Source: a virus (lineage: Duplodnaviria; Caudoviricetes). Taken from it: a stretch of DNA of 64,000 bases. Below the pieces are notes generated by a model, which saw only the letters and a program-made list of their open reading frames with translations, was not told the DNA's origin and did no database searches. How positions within the stretch are numbered: position 1 is the stretch's first letter; the number at the start of each line of letters is the position of its first letter. The translations under genes and the position numbers were made by a program. Below, piece after piece: positions 18,552 through 29,351 of this stretch. Location: positions 892 to 64,891 of IMG/VR virus record IMGVR_UViG_2823715266_000003. One strand, 5' to 3'.

Positions 18552-20443
18552 CAGTATTGATAGTTGTATGTGGTGGACTTGCTCTCGCTACGGCTGTCCG
18601 ACGAACTGGCGCTGCCCGAACCGCTAATGCCAGCCGAGACGTGCATCGCCGACATCGCACCAGCCGCAAGCTGCGCGGTGTACTGCCCCAGCGCCTTCGC
18701 GGCCTCCAGCGCGATCTGGGCCTGCTGCACCGCGTTCTGCATCCGAGCGGTGTACTCGCTGATCTGCATCTGCGCGTACGCGATGTTCGTCCGGCTGTTC
18801 ATGTCGGCAAAGCGCGACTGCATTTCGGCGTCGGCCACCACCGCATTGGTCTTCGCGCGCCAGCCCTCGACCTGCGCCTGGTAGACCTGCGTGCTGTAGA
18901 GCACCTCGCGCATGCTGGCATCGATGCGCGCCTTGAACCCGTCTACGTCGGCCAGGAACTTCGAGACCTTCGTGCGCGCGGCCTCCATCTTGATCTGCGC
19001 GCCCTTGACCTTGATCTCGGCCTTGTTGGTGACTGCCTGTACCGTGGCCGCATAGGCGCGCGACTGCGATTCCAGCACGCCCGCCTTCGCGGCCTCGCCC
19101 TTCACGCGGGCCTCGTAGGCATCGAACTTCGCCTTCTCCGCGCCCACCTGCTCGGCGAAGGCCTGCACGTCGGCTCGATAGGCGTCGAACTGAGCCTTGA
19201 TCGTGTCGGCGCGCACGGACGCGCCCTGCATGAGGGCCTTGTAGACCTCGACGTTCGACTGCACCGCCTCGATCTTGGCCTTGAACACCTCGACGCGCTG
19301 CTGGTTGATCTGGCCGAGCGCAACCTGCCCCTCCACGGCCGTCTTGTAGGCGGTCAGCTTCGACAGCGCCGCATCCAGCCTGGTCCGATACACCTGCGCC
19401 AGCGTCTCGAAAGCCGCGTTCTGCGAGTTGAACAGCGCGATGCGCGCATTGAACACATTGATCTGGCTCTCCGCCTGGAAGCGCGCCACCTCGAAGAGGC
19501 GCTTCGCCATGTTCTCGTAGAGGTTGGTGGTCAACTGCTCCAGCGCCATGCCCTGCTGCACGGCAAAGCGGATGTTCTCGATCTCCCACTGCGCCGCCTG
19601 GATCAGGATGTCACGATTCAGCTCGGCCGCCTTCAGGCGCCCCTGCTCGCGAACAACTGCTGTCTGCTTCGCCAGCATGCCGGGCGGCATGGAGAAGCCG
19701 CGCGCCGCCCACGTGTCCACGGCCTCCTGCACCGCGCGCTCGGTTTCCGCGCTGTCCCGCTCGCGGGCGCGGGCGAACAGGGCATCCTCGATGGCAGGCG
19801 GCAGTCCGGTTCCGCCGGCCATCATCCCCTTCACCTTGGCCTGCAGCTCGTCCAGCACCTCGGACTCGTAGACCGGCTCGGCCCAGTTGATGAAGACGTT
19901 CGGCACGGTGATGCCGTCTGCATTGGGCGGCGTGGCGTCGAAGGTCGGCAATTGCGGGAACTCGAACACCGGCAGGTTGATTTGCTCGAGCGCCTCCATT
20001 TCCGGCATGACGATGCTCGGCGCCGACGGCAAGTCCACCGTGGTGTCGATCTGCGGGCGTTGCGGCGCGGGAATGTCCGCCATGCCCGGCGCGTCGGGGA
20101 TGTTGATCGGGATCGCGGTCGGTGGGTCCGGCAGGTCGCCGAGGTCGCCCAGGTCCAGGCCGGTCAGCAGTGCATCGATGTCGATGTCCACAGGAGACGA
20201 GGGCATGGCCAGGTTGGGCGGCGAGTAGCCTGGCGCGTCGCCCAGGTTGATCGCGGGCGGATTCGCCACCGGCGCAACCGGCCGCGTGGGCACCGGCACG
20301 TCGGCCACCTGCACCGCGCCAATCTGCGCGAGCGCACTGCTCAGCAGCGCGTTGTAGCGATCGGCCAGCACCTCCAGGTGTGCCATCTTGTCCGTGACGG
20401 TTTCCACCGCCACACCGAGGATGCTGTCTGGTTGAATGCCCAT
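18551..20443 (-). CDS. Phage virion structural/ejection protein (Pro-rich then coiled-coil)
   Basis: 630 aa from MGIQPDSILG, coupled to neighbours in the late operon. Confidence 0.75.
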   Translation of the reverse strand: MGIQPDSILGVAVETVTDKMAHLEVLADRYNALLSSALAQIGAVQVADVPVPTRPVAPVANPPAINLGDAPGYSPPNLAMPSSPVDIDIDALLTGLDLGDLGDLPDPPTAIPINIPDAPGMADIPAPQRPQIDTTVDLPSAPSIVMPEMEALEQINLPVFEFPQLPTFDATPPNADGITVPNVFINWAEPVYESEVLDELQAKVKGMMAGGTGLPPAIEDALFARARERDSAETERAVQEAVDTWAARGFSMPPGMLAKQTAVVREQGRLKAAELNRDILIQAAQWEIENIRFAVQQGMALEQLTTNLYENMAKRLFEVARFQAESQINVFNARIALFNSQNAAFETLAQVYRTRLDAALSKLTAYKTAVEGQVALGQINQQRVEVFKAKIEAVQSNVEVYKALMQGASVRADTIKAQFDAYRADVQAFAEQVGAEKAKFDAYEARVKGEAAKAGVLESQSRAYAATVQAVTNKAEIKVKGAQIKMEAARTKVSKFLADVDGFKARIDASMREVLYSTQVYQAQVEGWRAKTNAVVADAEMQSRFADMNSRTNIAYAQMQISEYTARMQNAVQQAQIALEAAKALGQYTAQLAAGAMSAMHVSAGISGSGSASSSDSRSESKSTTYNYQY

Positions 20444-21591
20444 CACACTTTCCTTTTCGTCGGCGCCGCGTTGACGCTCAAGTCGTTGATCTCGCCACGC
20501 TTCGCATCCAGGCGAAGCGTGAAGCTGAAGTGCCTGCCCCGCAGCCCGCGGCCGAAGATGAATCGCCCGTTCGTGAGCGCGGCGGCAGGCTCTGGCTCCA
20601 GGGGGTAGCTGTAGGTCTCGGCAGCGCCGTCCTGCGTGGTGGTCACGTCCATGGTGGCCGTGCCGTCCAGCTCGTATTCCAGGAAGGCCTGCAGGGGGTG
20701 GACCAGCACTCCCTTTCCAATGTCCACTGGCGCCGTGCGGATGGCAGCCGCCTGCGTGGTCGGCATGTCCAGCGCGTACACCCCCTCTGCGGCCAGGCCG
20801 TAGAGCGCACCGTCGATGACCACCAGAGCGGTGAAAGGCACCGGATCGTGGCGGGACATGGCCCACGACTCGGTGTTCGTGGTCCAAGCCTGCCCCTGCA
20901 CGGGTTCGCCGACCATCTGGTCTTCGGCTATTGCGCCGTCGAGCACCAGGTCCGCGGCGTGCAGCCGGCCGAGCACCTCATCAGCGACTCTCGCCACCTC
21001 GATCACCGGTGCCGCGGCCTGGCGCGCGTCGATCACCTCATCGACCGCCACGCCCGTTTCGATGGTCAGGGCCGCCGCGTGCAGCGTTCCGCCCGTGAAG
21101 TCCTCGGCGTGCGCCAGCTCCACCACCAGGGAGGCGGCGAAACTGGGCGCTGAATCGGAGATCTGGGCTTGCTCCTGCACCACGCTCCTGACTCGGCGCA
21201 GCGCCAGCACCTGATCGCTCGCCGCGGCCGACTCGACCAGCAGCGAGCGCGTGCGGTCGGCCACCTGGTCACTGATCTGCGCGCTGTCGGTATGCAGGAC
21301 ACGCAGGCGCCCCATCGCCATGTCAGCGGCAACTGCGTGCTCCACGATCACCTCGCGGCTGGCCCGCGCATCGATGACTTGATCGCTCAGAGTCGCCCGC
21401 TCGACCACGATGCCGCCAGGCCGGTCGAACACGGCATCGCTGGCCACGGCCGCGTCGGCGTGCAGCACCATGAGCCCGAACAACAGCACGCTCGACGCGC
21501 GCGCGATTTCCTCGGTCACGCTGGTCAGCCCGAGCCATATGGAGCTGCTGGCAACAGCGGTTTCCTGAACGTCGTCGCGGTAGCTACTCAT
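20443..21591 (-). CDS. Phage tail-region structural protein
   Basis: 382 aa from MSSYRDDVQE; repeated E.A...D beta-strand motif; overlapping start/stop with neighbours. Confidence 0.7.
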   Translation of the reverse strand: MSSYRDDVQETAVASSSIWLGLTSVTEEIARASSVLLFGLMVLHADAAVASDAVFDRPGGIVVERATLSDQVIDARASREVIVEHAVAADMAMGRLRVLHTDSAQISDQVADRTRSLLVESAAASDQVLALRRVRSVVQEQAQISDSAPSFAASLVVELAHAEDFTGGTLHAAALTIETGVAVDEVIDARQAAAPVIEVARVADEVLGRLHAADLVLDGAIAEDQMVGEPVQGQAWTTNTESWAMSRHDPVPFTALVVIDGALYGLAAEGVYALDMPTTQAAAIRTAPVDIGKGVLVHPLQAFLEYELDGTATMDVTTTQDGAAETYSYPLEPEPAAALTNGRFIFGRGLRGRHFSFTLRLDAKRGEINDLSVNAAPTKRKV

Positions 21592-24181
21592 TGATGACTC
21601 CGATGAAGTGGTGCGCGCTGCGGTTGTCGGCCAGGGCTGTGTGCCCCCAGCGGCGGCGCAGCCCGTTCTGGTCCTGTTCGTAGATGCTGGCGTAGCTGCT
21701 GTCGCCAATGGCGACGTGCACCGCGTCGCGATAGAAGTAGGTCTGCTCTTCCGGCGAGAAGCCGAAGTACCAGGAATGCGGAATGTCCTTGTGGGCGACG
21801 ACAGAGCCGGCGCCCTTCATCGACACGCTGAGCCGCCCCGACTGCTCGGCCGGGAACAGCTTCTCGCTGGAGAACGGCTCGAAGCCCGGGGCCTCGCCGC
21901 CGATGACCACGCCGTTCGCGTGCTGGGTGCCAGACGAGCGCGAGGTGTACGGCCCGCAGATGGCCGTGATGTCAAGGAAGCCGCCGGGCGGCAGGTTGTA
22001 CCAGTTGCCGCTGTCGGCGTAGTCGCTCACCTCGGTGGGCGAGTAGACCAGCGTGTCGATGTAGACCGGCACGCCGTCTTTCGACGGCGGGTCGCCCTTG
22101 TTGTGGTTGTCGGTCTGCCCCATCCAGTGGAACAGGTTGTCGTAGCACCAAAGCTGATAGGAGGTGGGGTCCGCCATCGCGAACTGCTCGGTCTTCTCCG
22201 ACTCCGACCGGCCCGAGGTGCTGTCCATATAGGGGTACAGGATGCAGTCGCGCTCGAAGACGGGCACGCAGGCGGCCACGTCGATGCCGAAGCCTGAGGT
22301 GCTCTTCACCTTGGTGCGGTGGTAGTAGTAGCGGGCGCGGGACAGCGAGCCTACGCAATACAGGATCGGCGGCGTTGCGAATGCGGGCTGGCCGTAGCCC
22401 ATATCGACACCGGTGACGTGCGTGGTGGTGCTGACCGGCGGCGCCACCTGGCGGTCATCGAACGACGAGGTGTAGAAGTAGCCCATCAGACCAGAAAGCC
22501 CGGTGGTGACCGTCTTCTCCCACTGGCCAACGATCATGTATTTCTCGAAGGTGCTCTGTTCCTTCTCCTGAAGCTTGCGCTCGTCGTAGAAGTACTTGAC
22601 CACCTGCAGCTCGTCATCGACGTAGCAGCCAAAGACGATGGTGTCGCACCGCACGGCCGGCCCGGCGTAGTCTTCGGACACCATCACGAACGACTCGCAG
22701 CCCAGACCACGCAGCTCGGGAAACTTCAACCGCCCCATCGACTTCGGGTTCTTGCCCGGCCAGTACATGGGACCAGTGCCCACGCGGGCCACGTTCCCCT
22801 GATGCACTGCGATGGGTTCGAGTTCGAGCGCGTCCCAATAGTCGTTGTCGGGCCCGTTCGATGCCGATGCGCGCGCGAGGATCTGCGCGGCCGTGGCGCG
22901 GCGAATCTTGTAGGCCGCTGCGCGCGAGCGGTGCGAGCCGTCGCGCAACTTCTCGAAGACCCGATCCAGGTAGACATGTGCACGCGCCGCCTCGTCCTCG
23001 CCGTCGAACTGCCACGAGGCCTTCAGCCGCCCGCCGTTGGCTGTCGCGCCCAGTCGCAGCTTCATCTTGTAGGCGTGGGCGTGCAGCAAGCCGGCCTCAT
23101 CACGGTCCCAGCAGGTATTGAAGCCCTCGCTGCCGCGGCTGTTCAAGGACCAGCCGCCAGCCGCATAGAACGCCTGTCGCGCGTAGAAGTCTGCGCAGTC
23201 ACAGACCTTGATGAACACCCCAGCGCGCCGCCACGCCTCGAAGTCCTGCTCGTTTTCGGGGAAAGTCTCGCCCGAGGGGAGCCCTCCGAAGCGATCCAGC
23301 ACCTTCAGCAGCTCGCCATCGCCAACCTCCTCGACGTAGGCCCGGAATGCGGCAGCAGTCGTGGCTGGCACCAGCGGAAGGGGCATCGCGAAGACGCCCC
23401 GGGCGTTGATGCGCAGCAGCCAAGGCTTGCCGTCGGTGCCGAACGACACCGCATTGCCCTCGCCATGCTGGTAGCGGTACTGGAACTGCCCCTCGCGATC
23501 TGGGAAGCCCGTGTAACCGGGCAGCCGCAGGCCTGCAACCTCGCGCCGGATCTCACGCATGAAGCGTTCTGGCACTCGCATGCGGGCCCGCTCAACAGGA
23601 TCGTCCGGCAGGTCTGCCAGCACCTGCCGGCCGTAGCCACCGACCACCTGCGCCACCTCGGCCATGGCGCCGCTGTACCAGGTCGGACGCTGCTTCACGT
23701 ACTGCGTGAAGGTGTAGATGCCGCTGTACTGGGGACGGAAGTAGGAAAACCGGTCGTGGTAGTCGATGCGGAACCGCTGCAGCGCCACGTCCTTGGGCGG
23801 CAGGTCCGCGTCCTCTCGGTAGCCCGTCAGCCGGCGGCGGGTCTGTTCGGTCAGCTTGATGCCAACGCCCTCGCCTTCCAGCACCTGGGCGCGCGTGATG
23901 ACGCCAGAGAACAGCATGGGCAGGTTCGTCTCGGCCAGGCCGGTGATCTCGTGCTCGGGGTTCTCGTGCCGCTCGAGCACCAGGATGCGGAAGATTCCCC
24001 CCATGTCGATTGCCACAGCCTGCCGGCCGCTGGGCAGCTCCGCGACGCGCTTCAAGCTGTCCAGGGCGGACAGCTGCTTGAAGTTGGTCGCGGTCCTGGC
24101 CAGCCGCTCAACGGCGGCGGCATCTTCCGGGGACAGCTCCGCCTGCTCGGCAAAGCGCCCATAGGGGCGCGGTGCGTGCAT
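21584..24181 (-). CDS. Large phage tail-region protein, unknown function
   Basis: 865 aa, aromatic-rich, coupled in the late operon. Confidence 0.75.
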   Translation of the reverse strand: MHAPRPYGRFAEQAELSPEDAAAVERLARTATNFKQLSALDSLKRVAELPSGRQAVAIDMGGIFRILVLERHENPEHEITGLAETNLPMLFSGVITRAQVLEGEGVGIKLTEQTRRRLTGYREDADLPPKDVALQRFRIDYHDRFSYFRPQYSGIYTFTQYVKQRPTWYSGAMAEVAQVVGGYGRQVLADLPDDPVERARMRVPERFMREIRREVAGLRLPGYTGFPDREGQFQYRYQHGEGNAVSFGTDGKPWLLRINARGVFAMPLPLVPATTAAAFRAYVEEVGDGELLKVLDRFGGLPSGETFPENEQDFEAWRRAGVFIKVCDCADFYARQAFYAAGGWSLNSRGSEGFNTCWDRDEAGLLHAHAYKMKLRLGATANGGRLKASWQFDGEDEAARAHVYLDRVFEKLRDGSHRSRAAAYKIRRATAAQILARASASNGPDNDYWDALELEPIAVHQGNVARVGTGPMYWPGKNPKSMGRLKFPELRGLGCESFVMVSEDYAGPAVRCDTIVFGCYVDDELQVVKYFYDERKLQEKEQSTFEKYMIVGQWEKTVTTGLSGLMGYFYTSSFDDRQVAPPVSTTTHVTGVDMGYGQPAFATPPILYCVGSLSRARYYYHRTKVKSTSGFGIDVAACVPVFERDCILYPYMDSTSGRSESEKTEQFAMADPTSYQLWCYDNLFHWMGQTDNHNKGDPPSKDGVPVYIDTLVYSPTEVSDYADSGNWYNLPPGGFLDITAICGPYTSRSSGTQHANGVVIGGEAPGFEPFSSEKLFPAEQSGRLSVSMKGAGSVVAHKDIPHSWYFGFSPEEQTYFYRDAVHVAIGDSSYASIYEQDQNGLRRRWGHTALADNRSAHHFIGVINE

Positions 24182-24184
24182 GGA

Positions 24185-24763
24185 TCAGACGGTCAGGCTC
24201 AGGCGGTAGCCGATGTCGTAGGTGTCACCGTTCTGGAACACGCGCGCGGCAGCGTACTTCGTCGCCGACACCAGCGCACCGGTGGTGCCGCCGCGCGTGT
24301 TGTTCGTGAGCATGGCCGCGCCGGTCACGTTGAGCTGGCCGGCGGTGGCGATGGTGACCGTGGCGACAGCCGCCATGTTGTCGATGGAGCCGGTACTCGT
24401 GTTTGCCGAGGTCCAGGCCGGCCGGGTGGGGCTGGTGTAGCCCTCGGTGAGGCTGACGATTTCAGATGCCGAGGCCGCGAAGTTGGCGGCCGTCCAGTTG
24501 TCGGCCGGCGCCGCCGCGCCGCTGAACAGGGCCAGGAAGTAGCCCGCCGGCTTGGCCGTGCTGCCCAGCGCCACGTTCAGGATGTGAGCCAGCCCTTCGA
24601 TGACGATCTTGTTCTTGGTACGGCTCCACTCGCCGCCGTTGATGCGGTCGAAGTACTCGCCTTGTGCGAGCACGCCCTGCCGGGGGAAGTAAATGCCCTG
24701 CTCGGTGACATCATAGGTTTCGCGGTTCAGGTCCGCAGCCAGCTCTTTGCGCAGCGTCGTCAT
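24185..24763 (-). CDS. Phage tail structural protein
   Basis: 192 aa; NKIVIEGLAHILNV...GYTSPTRPAW...LVSATKY beta-rich tail-type sequence; SD GGAG. Confidence 0.75.
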   Translation of the reverse strand: MTTLRKELAADLNRETYDVTEQGIYFPRQGVLAQGEYFDRINGGEWSRTKNKIVIEGLAHILNVALGSTAKPAGYFLALFSGAAAPADNWTAANFAASASEIVSLTEGYTSPTRPAWTSANTSTGSIDNMAAVATVTIATAGQLNVTGAAMLTNNTRGGTTGALVSATKYAAARVFQNGDTYDIGYRLSLTV

Positions 24764-24787
24764 AGGAAGCTCCAGTAGTCCTATGCC

Positions 24788-24799
24788 GCACTCCTGCGC
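24788..24799 (-). repeat. GCGCAGGAGTGC GGA-loop hairpin, copy 1 of 3
   Basis: Identical 12-mer at 24788-24799, 30959-30970 and 31413-31424, each in a translation-initiation region. Confidence 0.75.
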
Positions 24800-24835
24800 A
24801 GCGATGATTCCCGGATTCCCCGGGGGTGGAAGCCC

Positions 24836-26023
24836 TCAGACTACAGCGGTCAGCAGGCGTCGGCCAAACACTACAGAGGTGCCGGCGCGCCCCGTGATGC
24901 CCTTCAGCACGCCCGCATGAAGCTCCACAAGCGCTCCCGAGGCGGTGCCGGCGACGTAGCCGTTCTCCGCCAGCCAGACCGCCGCATCGCTGCCGCCTGC
25001 GGTGAGATCGCCGCCCAAGGCGTCGGGCGACGCAAGGACGGCGCTGCCAGGCACCGGCGCGCGGCCGCCCTTGCGCTCCACCGAAAACTCGGCAGGGGCG
25101 CTGCCGCGCAGGAAGACGACGTGATCGACCTGCCCGACCCATACGCCGCCGTCGACGGGCTGCACGAAGGTGATGCGCTGCGGCATCTGCACGAAGCCGT
25201 GCCGCTCGTCGTGAAGGTGATAGGCCAGCGCCTCGGACCAACGCAGCACATTGCCGCGGGCGGTTAGCAGCCGGCCGCGCCAGTACGAGAGAAACCGCCC
25301 AGTGGGCATGGGCGACAGGTGCCGGAACTGGGCTGCGGCGCCAAGCTGGGGCAGCAGCGGCAGGTGGATGGACGCGGTACCAGCCGGCCAGTCCCCGGCG
25401 CGCAGCAGCTCGCCGCCATCGCGCCTTGTCAGGTACAGCCGCACGCCGGTGAGGGTCGGGTCGAGCCAGATGGGCAGGGCCACCCCAAGCGCTCCGCTCG
25501 AGCTCACCTCGATGGTGGAGAGCTCGGAAGGGGCAGATTCCTGCGCGCCGCGAAGCCACGCAACGGCCGCCCCGTAGGTGCCAGGCTCCAGCGAGCCCGC
25601 GCCGGCCGTCAGCAGTGGCGCGGGCGGCGTGTCCAACGTCAGACGCTGCGCCGCGCTGCCGTCGAACGTGAATAGCCCAGCAGGCCCGGCCACGCAGACG
25701 AGGTTATTCAGCACCACGTGCTCTGCCCCCTCACCCACGGTAGCGAGCTCCTCGTGCGACCAGTCCGTCGGCTTGATCTTGACCCACTTCCCCGCGAGGG
25801 TGCCGAAGGTGTCGTGATGCAGCGGGCTCTGCCACACATCGCGAAACCGCGCCGAGCTCACCAGGCGCTCGCCCATGCGCACCGATGCCTTGCCGGCCGG
25901 AGTGATGTCCACGTTCACGGCATCACGCACGTACAGCTGCGCGGCATCGCCGCCCCGCTGCATGGCCGCATCCTCCGAGACGTTGTTGATGCCCGCGAGT
26001 GGCATGAGGGAGGTGTCGGACAT
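24836..26023 (-). CDS. Putative tail nozzle/stabilisation protein
   Basis: 395 aa from MSDTSLMPLAGINN; beta-propeller-like (AVNVDIT..G, GRLL...LRWSE). Confidence 0.65.
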   Translation of the reverse strand: MSDTSLMPLAGINNVSEDAAMQRGGDAAQLYVRDAVNVDITPAGKASVRMGERLVSSARFRDVWQSPLHHDTFGTLAGKWVKIKPTDWSHEELATVGEGAEHVVLNNLVCVAGPAGLFTFDGSAAQRLTLDTPPAPLLTAGAGSLEPGTYGAAVAWLRGAQESAPSELSTIEVSSSGALGVALPIWLDPTLTGVRLYLTRRDGGELLRAGDWPAGTASIHLPLLPQLGAAAQFRHLSPMPTGRFLSYWRGRLLTARGNVLRWSEALAYHLHDERHGFVQMPQRITFVQPVDGGVWVGQVDHVVFLRGSAPAEFSVERKGGRAPVPGSAVLASPDALGGDLTAGGSDAAVWLAENGYVAGTASGALVELHAGVLKGITGRAGTSVVFGRRLLTAVV

Positions 26024-29000
26024 TAGAAGGCTCCTTTTCGGTACTGATCGGCATTGCCGTCGGGCCGGATGAAGTGCACGGCCAGCTTGACATTGGGCAC
26101 CCCGGCCTGCGTCGCGTCGATCCCCACAGGCGCCACCGTGCGCGCGGCCGGGCCGGGCGGAACGTAGACATTGCGCACGTGCATGCGCGCCGCGAAGTTC
26201 TCGGGGTCGTACTCGCTCGCAAACGCCTCGAAGCCTTGAGGCTCCAGGCCCCGGATGCGCAGCGAGATCCACGCGGTGCCGAATGCGACCGCATCTATGC
26301 CGGGCGGCAAGGTCGGCATGGGAGGCCCGACGTGCAGCGACTGCCACTGGTACGGCGGCTCGCCGCGCGACCCGCCCATCGCCAGGGCGTTGAAGCCCGT
26401 GAGCTGGAACGTCCGGTGCAGCAGCGATGCCCACGCCACGCCGAAATCTGGCGGCGCAATGCCCACCGGCCGTACGGTCTGCGGGCCGAGGTACGGGCCG
26501 CGCGCCACCGCTGGCTGCCCGAAAAGCTGCATGTCGGCCCCGCCGAACTGCTTCACGAACTGCGTGCCGTCGCCCAACACCACCCAGCCCATGCGGTAGG
26601 CCTGAATGCCGGCCGGCTCCAGGTAGCGGCGGTGCAGCTGTACCGAGGGCACGCCGAGCATCCCGGTGTTGCCTACCGTGGTGGGGAAAAGGATGCCGCG
26701 ATAGGTGCGCACCGAGTGCTGCCCGAACCGGGCGCCAGGCCCGTATTCAAGCGTCTGGCCCACGTAGTGCAGGTTGCCGACTGGGTGATTGCGGATGGCC
26801 TGCGCCGGTGCCTCGACCACCGCGTAGATGGTGTGCGGCGTGATGCGCGCCGGCGAAGGCTCGAACACCTGTACGTCCGGCCACTCGGCCACCGTCAGAA
26901 AGCGCCTCTTGAGGGCCACCATCGGCTCGCCGTAGCCATCGATCTTGATGCCTGCGTCGACCATGACGCCATTGCTGCGCACCGTTGCATCGCCCAGAGG
27001 CGGCGCAGCGATGCCCGGCACGTAGAGGACGTACTGATTCAGCCCAGGCTTGCCGACCTCACTCTCGGACGCCACTTCCTGGTCCTGAATGATCCACTGC
27101 GTGGCATATGGTGGCGCGCCCGCCCGCGTGACCACCAGCTTGTCGCCCACGCGCATGAAGTTGTTGCCCGGCACCGCGATAGTCTGCCTTCGGTCAGCGA
27201 TCTTGGGCTGGCCGAAGAGCTGTGTGGCCGCGCCGTCGGGTGCCACGGGCCGGTACTGCTGCCGGACGAAGGCATTGCCGAACTCCTCGGCGTTCCAGCC
27301 ATACCCGCGCACCTCGGGGGTGACGTTGTGCACGCGCGGCTCGCCGAAGAAGTCCCGATGCGTCCACCTGGGCAGGAGGAGGTTGAAGTGGATCGAGAGC
27401 GCGGCCAACCCGATGCGCGACATGTCGTCGCCTCTCGGATCGACGTAGCGCGTGTACAGCTTGACCTCGGGAAGCGGCACGTCGGGCGGCTGGATCGCGT
27501 AGCGGGACTCGATGTCCAGCGTCCGAGTCGCGAAGTCGATGAAGGCTGTGCCATAGGCCGCCGAGTCGATGTTCCCAATTCGCGGGTAGTAGCGCCGCGT
27601 GTTCTCCACCGTGGCCACGCCGAAGAGCTGCGCGTCAGCGCCCGCCGGGGCCACCACGCGCGCCGCGTTGTAGACGGCGTTCCAGTTGAGCAGCGGCGGC
27701 GGCTCGATCCCCTCGAGCGGCAGCAGGCGCACGCCGTAGGCCACCAGGCCCGCCGGCGTGGTGCCCGGGTAGCCCGGCGGCGTCATGCCTGCCGGTGCGA
27801 TCACGCGGGCGTTGTTGAACACCAGCGGCTCGCCCACGCGCGGCGGAGCGATGCCAATGGCCCCCACCACGCGGTTGCGGTTCTCGATGGCCGTCCACTG
27901 CGGCCAGGCCGGCGGGTTGAGCCCGTCGGTGGGGTCGTAGTTCTGCACCACGAACTGCCGGAGGTTGAAGACCTGCGCCCTGCCCCAGCGGTACTGTTCC
28001 TGCACGTTCGTCTCGAACCCTGGCGGCCGCACGAACGTCAGCTGGTTCTTGACGCTCGTGCTCCCCCACACCTCCCGGAAGCCCTGCGGTGCGACGGTCT
28101 GCGACTCGGGGATGATCCGCGTGCCGTAGGCAGCCGAGTCCCAGCCGGTGGGCGTGATGTAGCGCGTGCCGCCCACGTTCGGGCGCCCGACCGCATCGAG
28201 GAACGCGCCGGCCGGCGCCAGCAACCGAGTGCCTTGGCTGATCCACGGCGTGCCGAAGCCGGGCGTCGGGATACCCGCGTTGAGCTGCGCGTACTGCCGG
28301 TCGTGGCTGACGCGGTTCGTGCCGGCGAAGCCCGTGGCCACCAGCCCGGTAGGCAGCAGGTAGCGCGTGTAGAGCCACACCGTCGAGCTCGTGCCCAGCA
28401 CCGGCGGCACGATGTTTCCGGCGGCGATGTAGCGGTTGCGGTTGATGATGGTGGGGTTGCCACCAGCCATGGCGTCGAACCCGCCAGGAAAGAGGCGTCG
28501 GTTCTTCAGCACCACCGCGGCGGCGCCGAAGGCAGACTGGTCCAACCCAGCTGGCGCGAGAGCCCGCCGGCCGTAAGCCACAAGCGCCGCACCGAACGCT
28601 AGCTGACTGGGAACACCCGTGGGCCGCAGCGCGCCCGCCGAGTTGCGCACCTGGGGCGCCCCCATGGCGAGGCTGTCGAAGCCGCCGGGCGCCGCGTAGG
28701 TCAGGTAGTTCTGGATCGTGGCGGCGCCGAAGCTGCACGAGTCCCAGCCCGTGAGCGGGATGTACTTGTCCTCGGACGGCAGCGTCCAGAGCCCGTCGCG
28801 CACGCCCACCGCGGGCGTGTACGCCGGCTTGCCCACCCAGCTCGCACTGATCGTCCAGCGTGGGGGCGCGTACTGATAGGGAAAGATCGCGTACGTGTCG
28901 CCGAAGGCCAGCGGCGTGAAGCCCTGCGGGTGTATGAACTGCTGCTGCGTGACGAAGGGCGTGCCCATCGCCTCGGACAGAAAGCCCGGCGGATTGACAT

Positions 29001-29349
29001 AGGCGCGCTGCTGGTCCCAGGTGACCGGCAGGGATGCGCCGATGGTACGGATGTAGACCGGCTTGCCGACCCACGAGGCCGCGATGTTGTACTGCGGCGG
29101 CCGGTAGTAGAGAACCTTCGTCAGAGCGAAGGTCGTGCCCCAGGCGGTCTGTTCGCCAGCGCCCGCGCCGGCAACAAGCTGCTGCCCGATGACCGCTGGC
29201 GTGCCCACGCCGCCCTCGGCGCTGGCCGGCTGATAGATCCACTGGGTGGGCGTGACCCAGGTGCCGAGGATGACGCGCGCGGGCCCTCGGTAGGTCGGTG
29301 CCCCGACCCACGAAGCGTTCAGCGGGCTGGTCGGGGGCGTGTACGGCAT
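26023..29349 (-). CDS. Large repetitive tail fibre/structural protein
   Basis: 1108 aa; three ASWVG(A/K)P.Y repeats and many P.G....FG.P.V repeats. Confidence 0.75.
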   Translation of the reverse strand: MPYTPPTSPLNASWVGAPTYRGPARVILGTWVTPTQWIYQPASAEGGVGTPAVIGQQLVAGAGAGEQTAWGTTFALTKVLYYRPPQYNIAASWVGKPVYIRTIGASLPVTWDQQRAYVNPPGFLSEAMGTPFVTQQQFIHPQGFTPLAFGDTYAIFPYQYAPPRWTISASWVGKPAYTPAVGVRDGLWTLPSEDKYIPLTGWDSCSFGAATIQNYLTYAAPGGFDSLAMGAPQVRNSAGALRPTGVPSQLAFGAALVAYGRRALAPAGLDQSAFGAAAVVLKNRRLFPGGFDAMAGGNPTIINRNRYIAAGNIVPPVLGTSSTVWLYTRYLLPTGLVATGFAGTNRVSHDRQYAQLNAGIPTPGFGTPWISQGTRLLAPAGAFLDAVGRPNVGGTRYITPTGWDSAAYGTRIIPESQTVAPQGFREVWGSTSVKNQLTFVRPPGFETNVQEQYRWGRAQVFNLRQFVVQNYDPTDGLNPPAWPQWTAIENRNRVVGAIGIAPPRVGEPLVFNNARVIAPAGMTPPGYPGTTPAGLVAYGVRLLPLEGIEPPPLLNWNAVYNAARVVAPAGADAQLFGVATVENTRRYYPRIGNIDSAAYGTAFIDFATRTLDIESRYAIQPPDVPLPEVKLYTRYVDPRGDDMSRIGLAALSIHFNLLLPRWTHRDFFGEPRVHNVTPEVRGYGWNAEEFGNAFVRQQYRPVAPDGAATQLFGQPKIADRRQTIAVPGNNFMRVGDKLVVTRAGAPPYATQWIIQDQEVASESEVGKPGLNQYVLYVPGIAAPPLGDATVRSNGVMVDAGIKIDGYGEPMVALKRRFLTVAEWPDVQVFEPSPARITPHTIYAVVEAPAQAIRNHPVGNLHYVGQTLEYGPGARFGQHSVRTYRGILFPTTVGNTGMLGVPSVQLHRRYLEPAGIQAYRMGWVVLGDGTQFVKQFGGADMQLFGQPAVARGPYLGPQTVRPVGIAPPDFGVAWASLLHRTFQLTGFNALAMGGSRGEPPYQWQSLHVGPPMPTLPPGIDAVAFGTAWISLRIRGLEPQGFEAFASEYDPENFAARMHVRNVYVPPGPAARTVAPVGIDATQAGVPNVKLAVHFIRPDGNADQYRKGAF

Positions 29350-29351
29350 CG

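Noticed and set aside
24833-24843. Ninth late-promoter box (TAGTCTGAGGG-N23-AATCAT)
   Set aside because: Only half the box matches and the spacer is 23 nt; plausible but not listed as a feature
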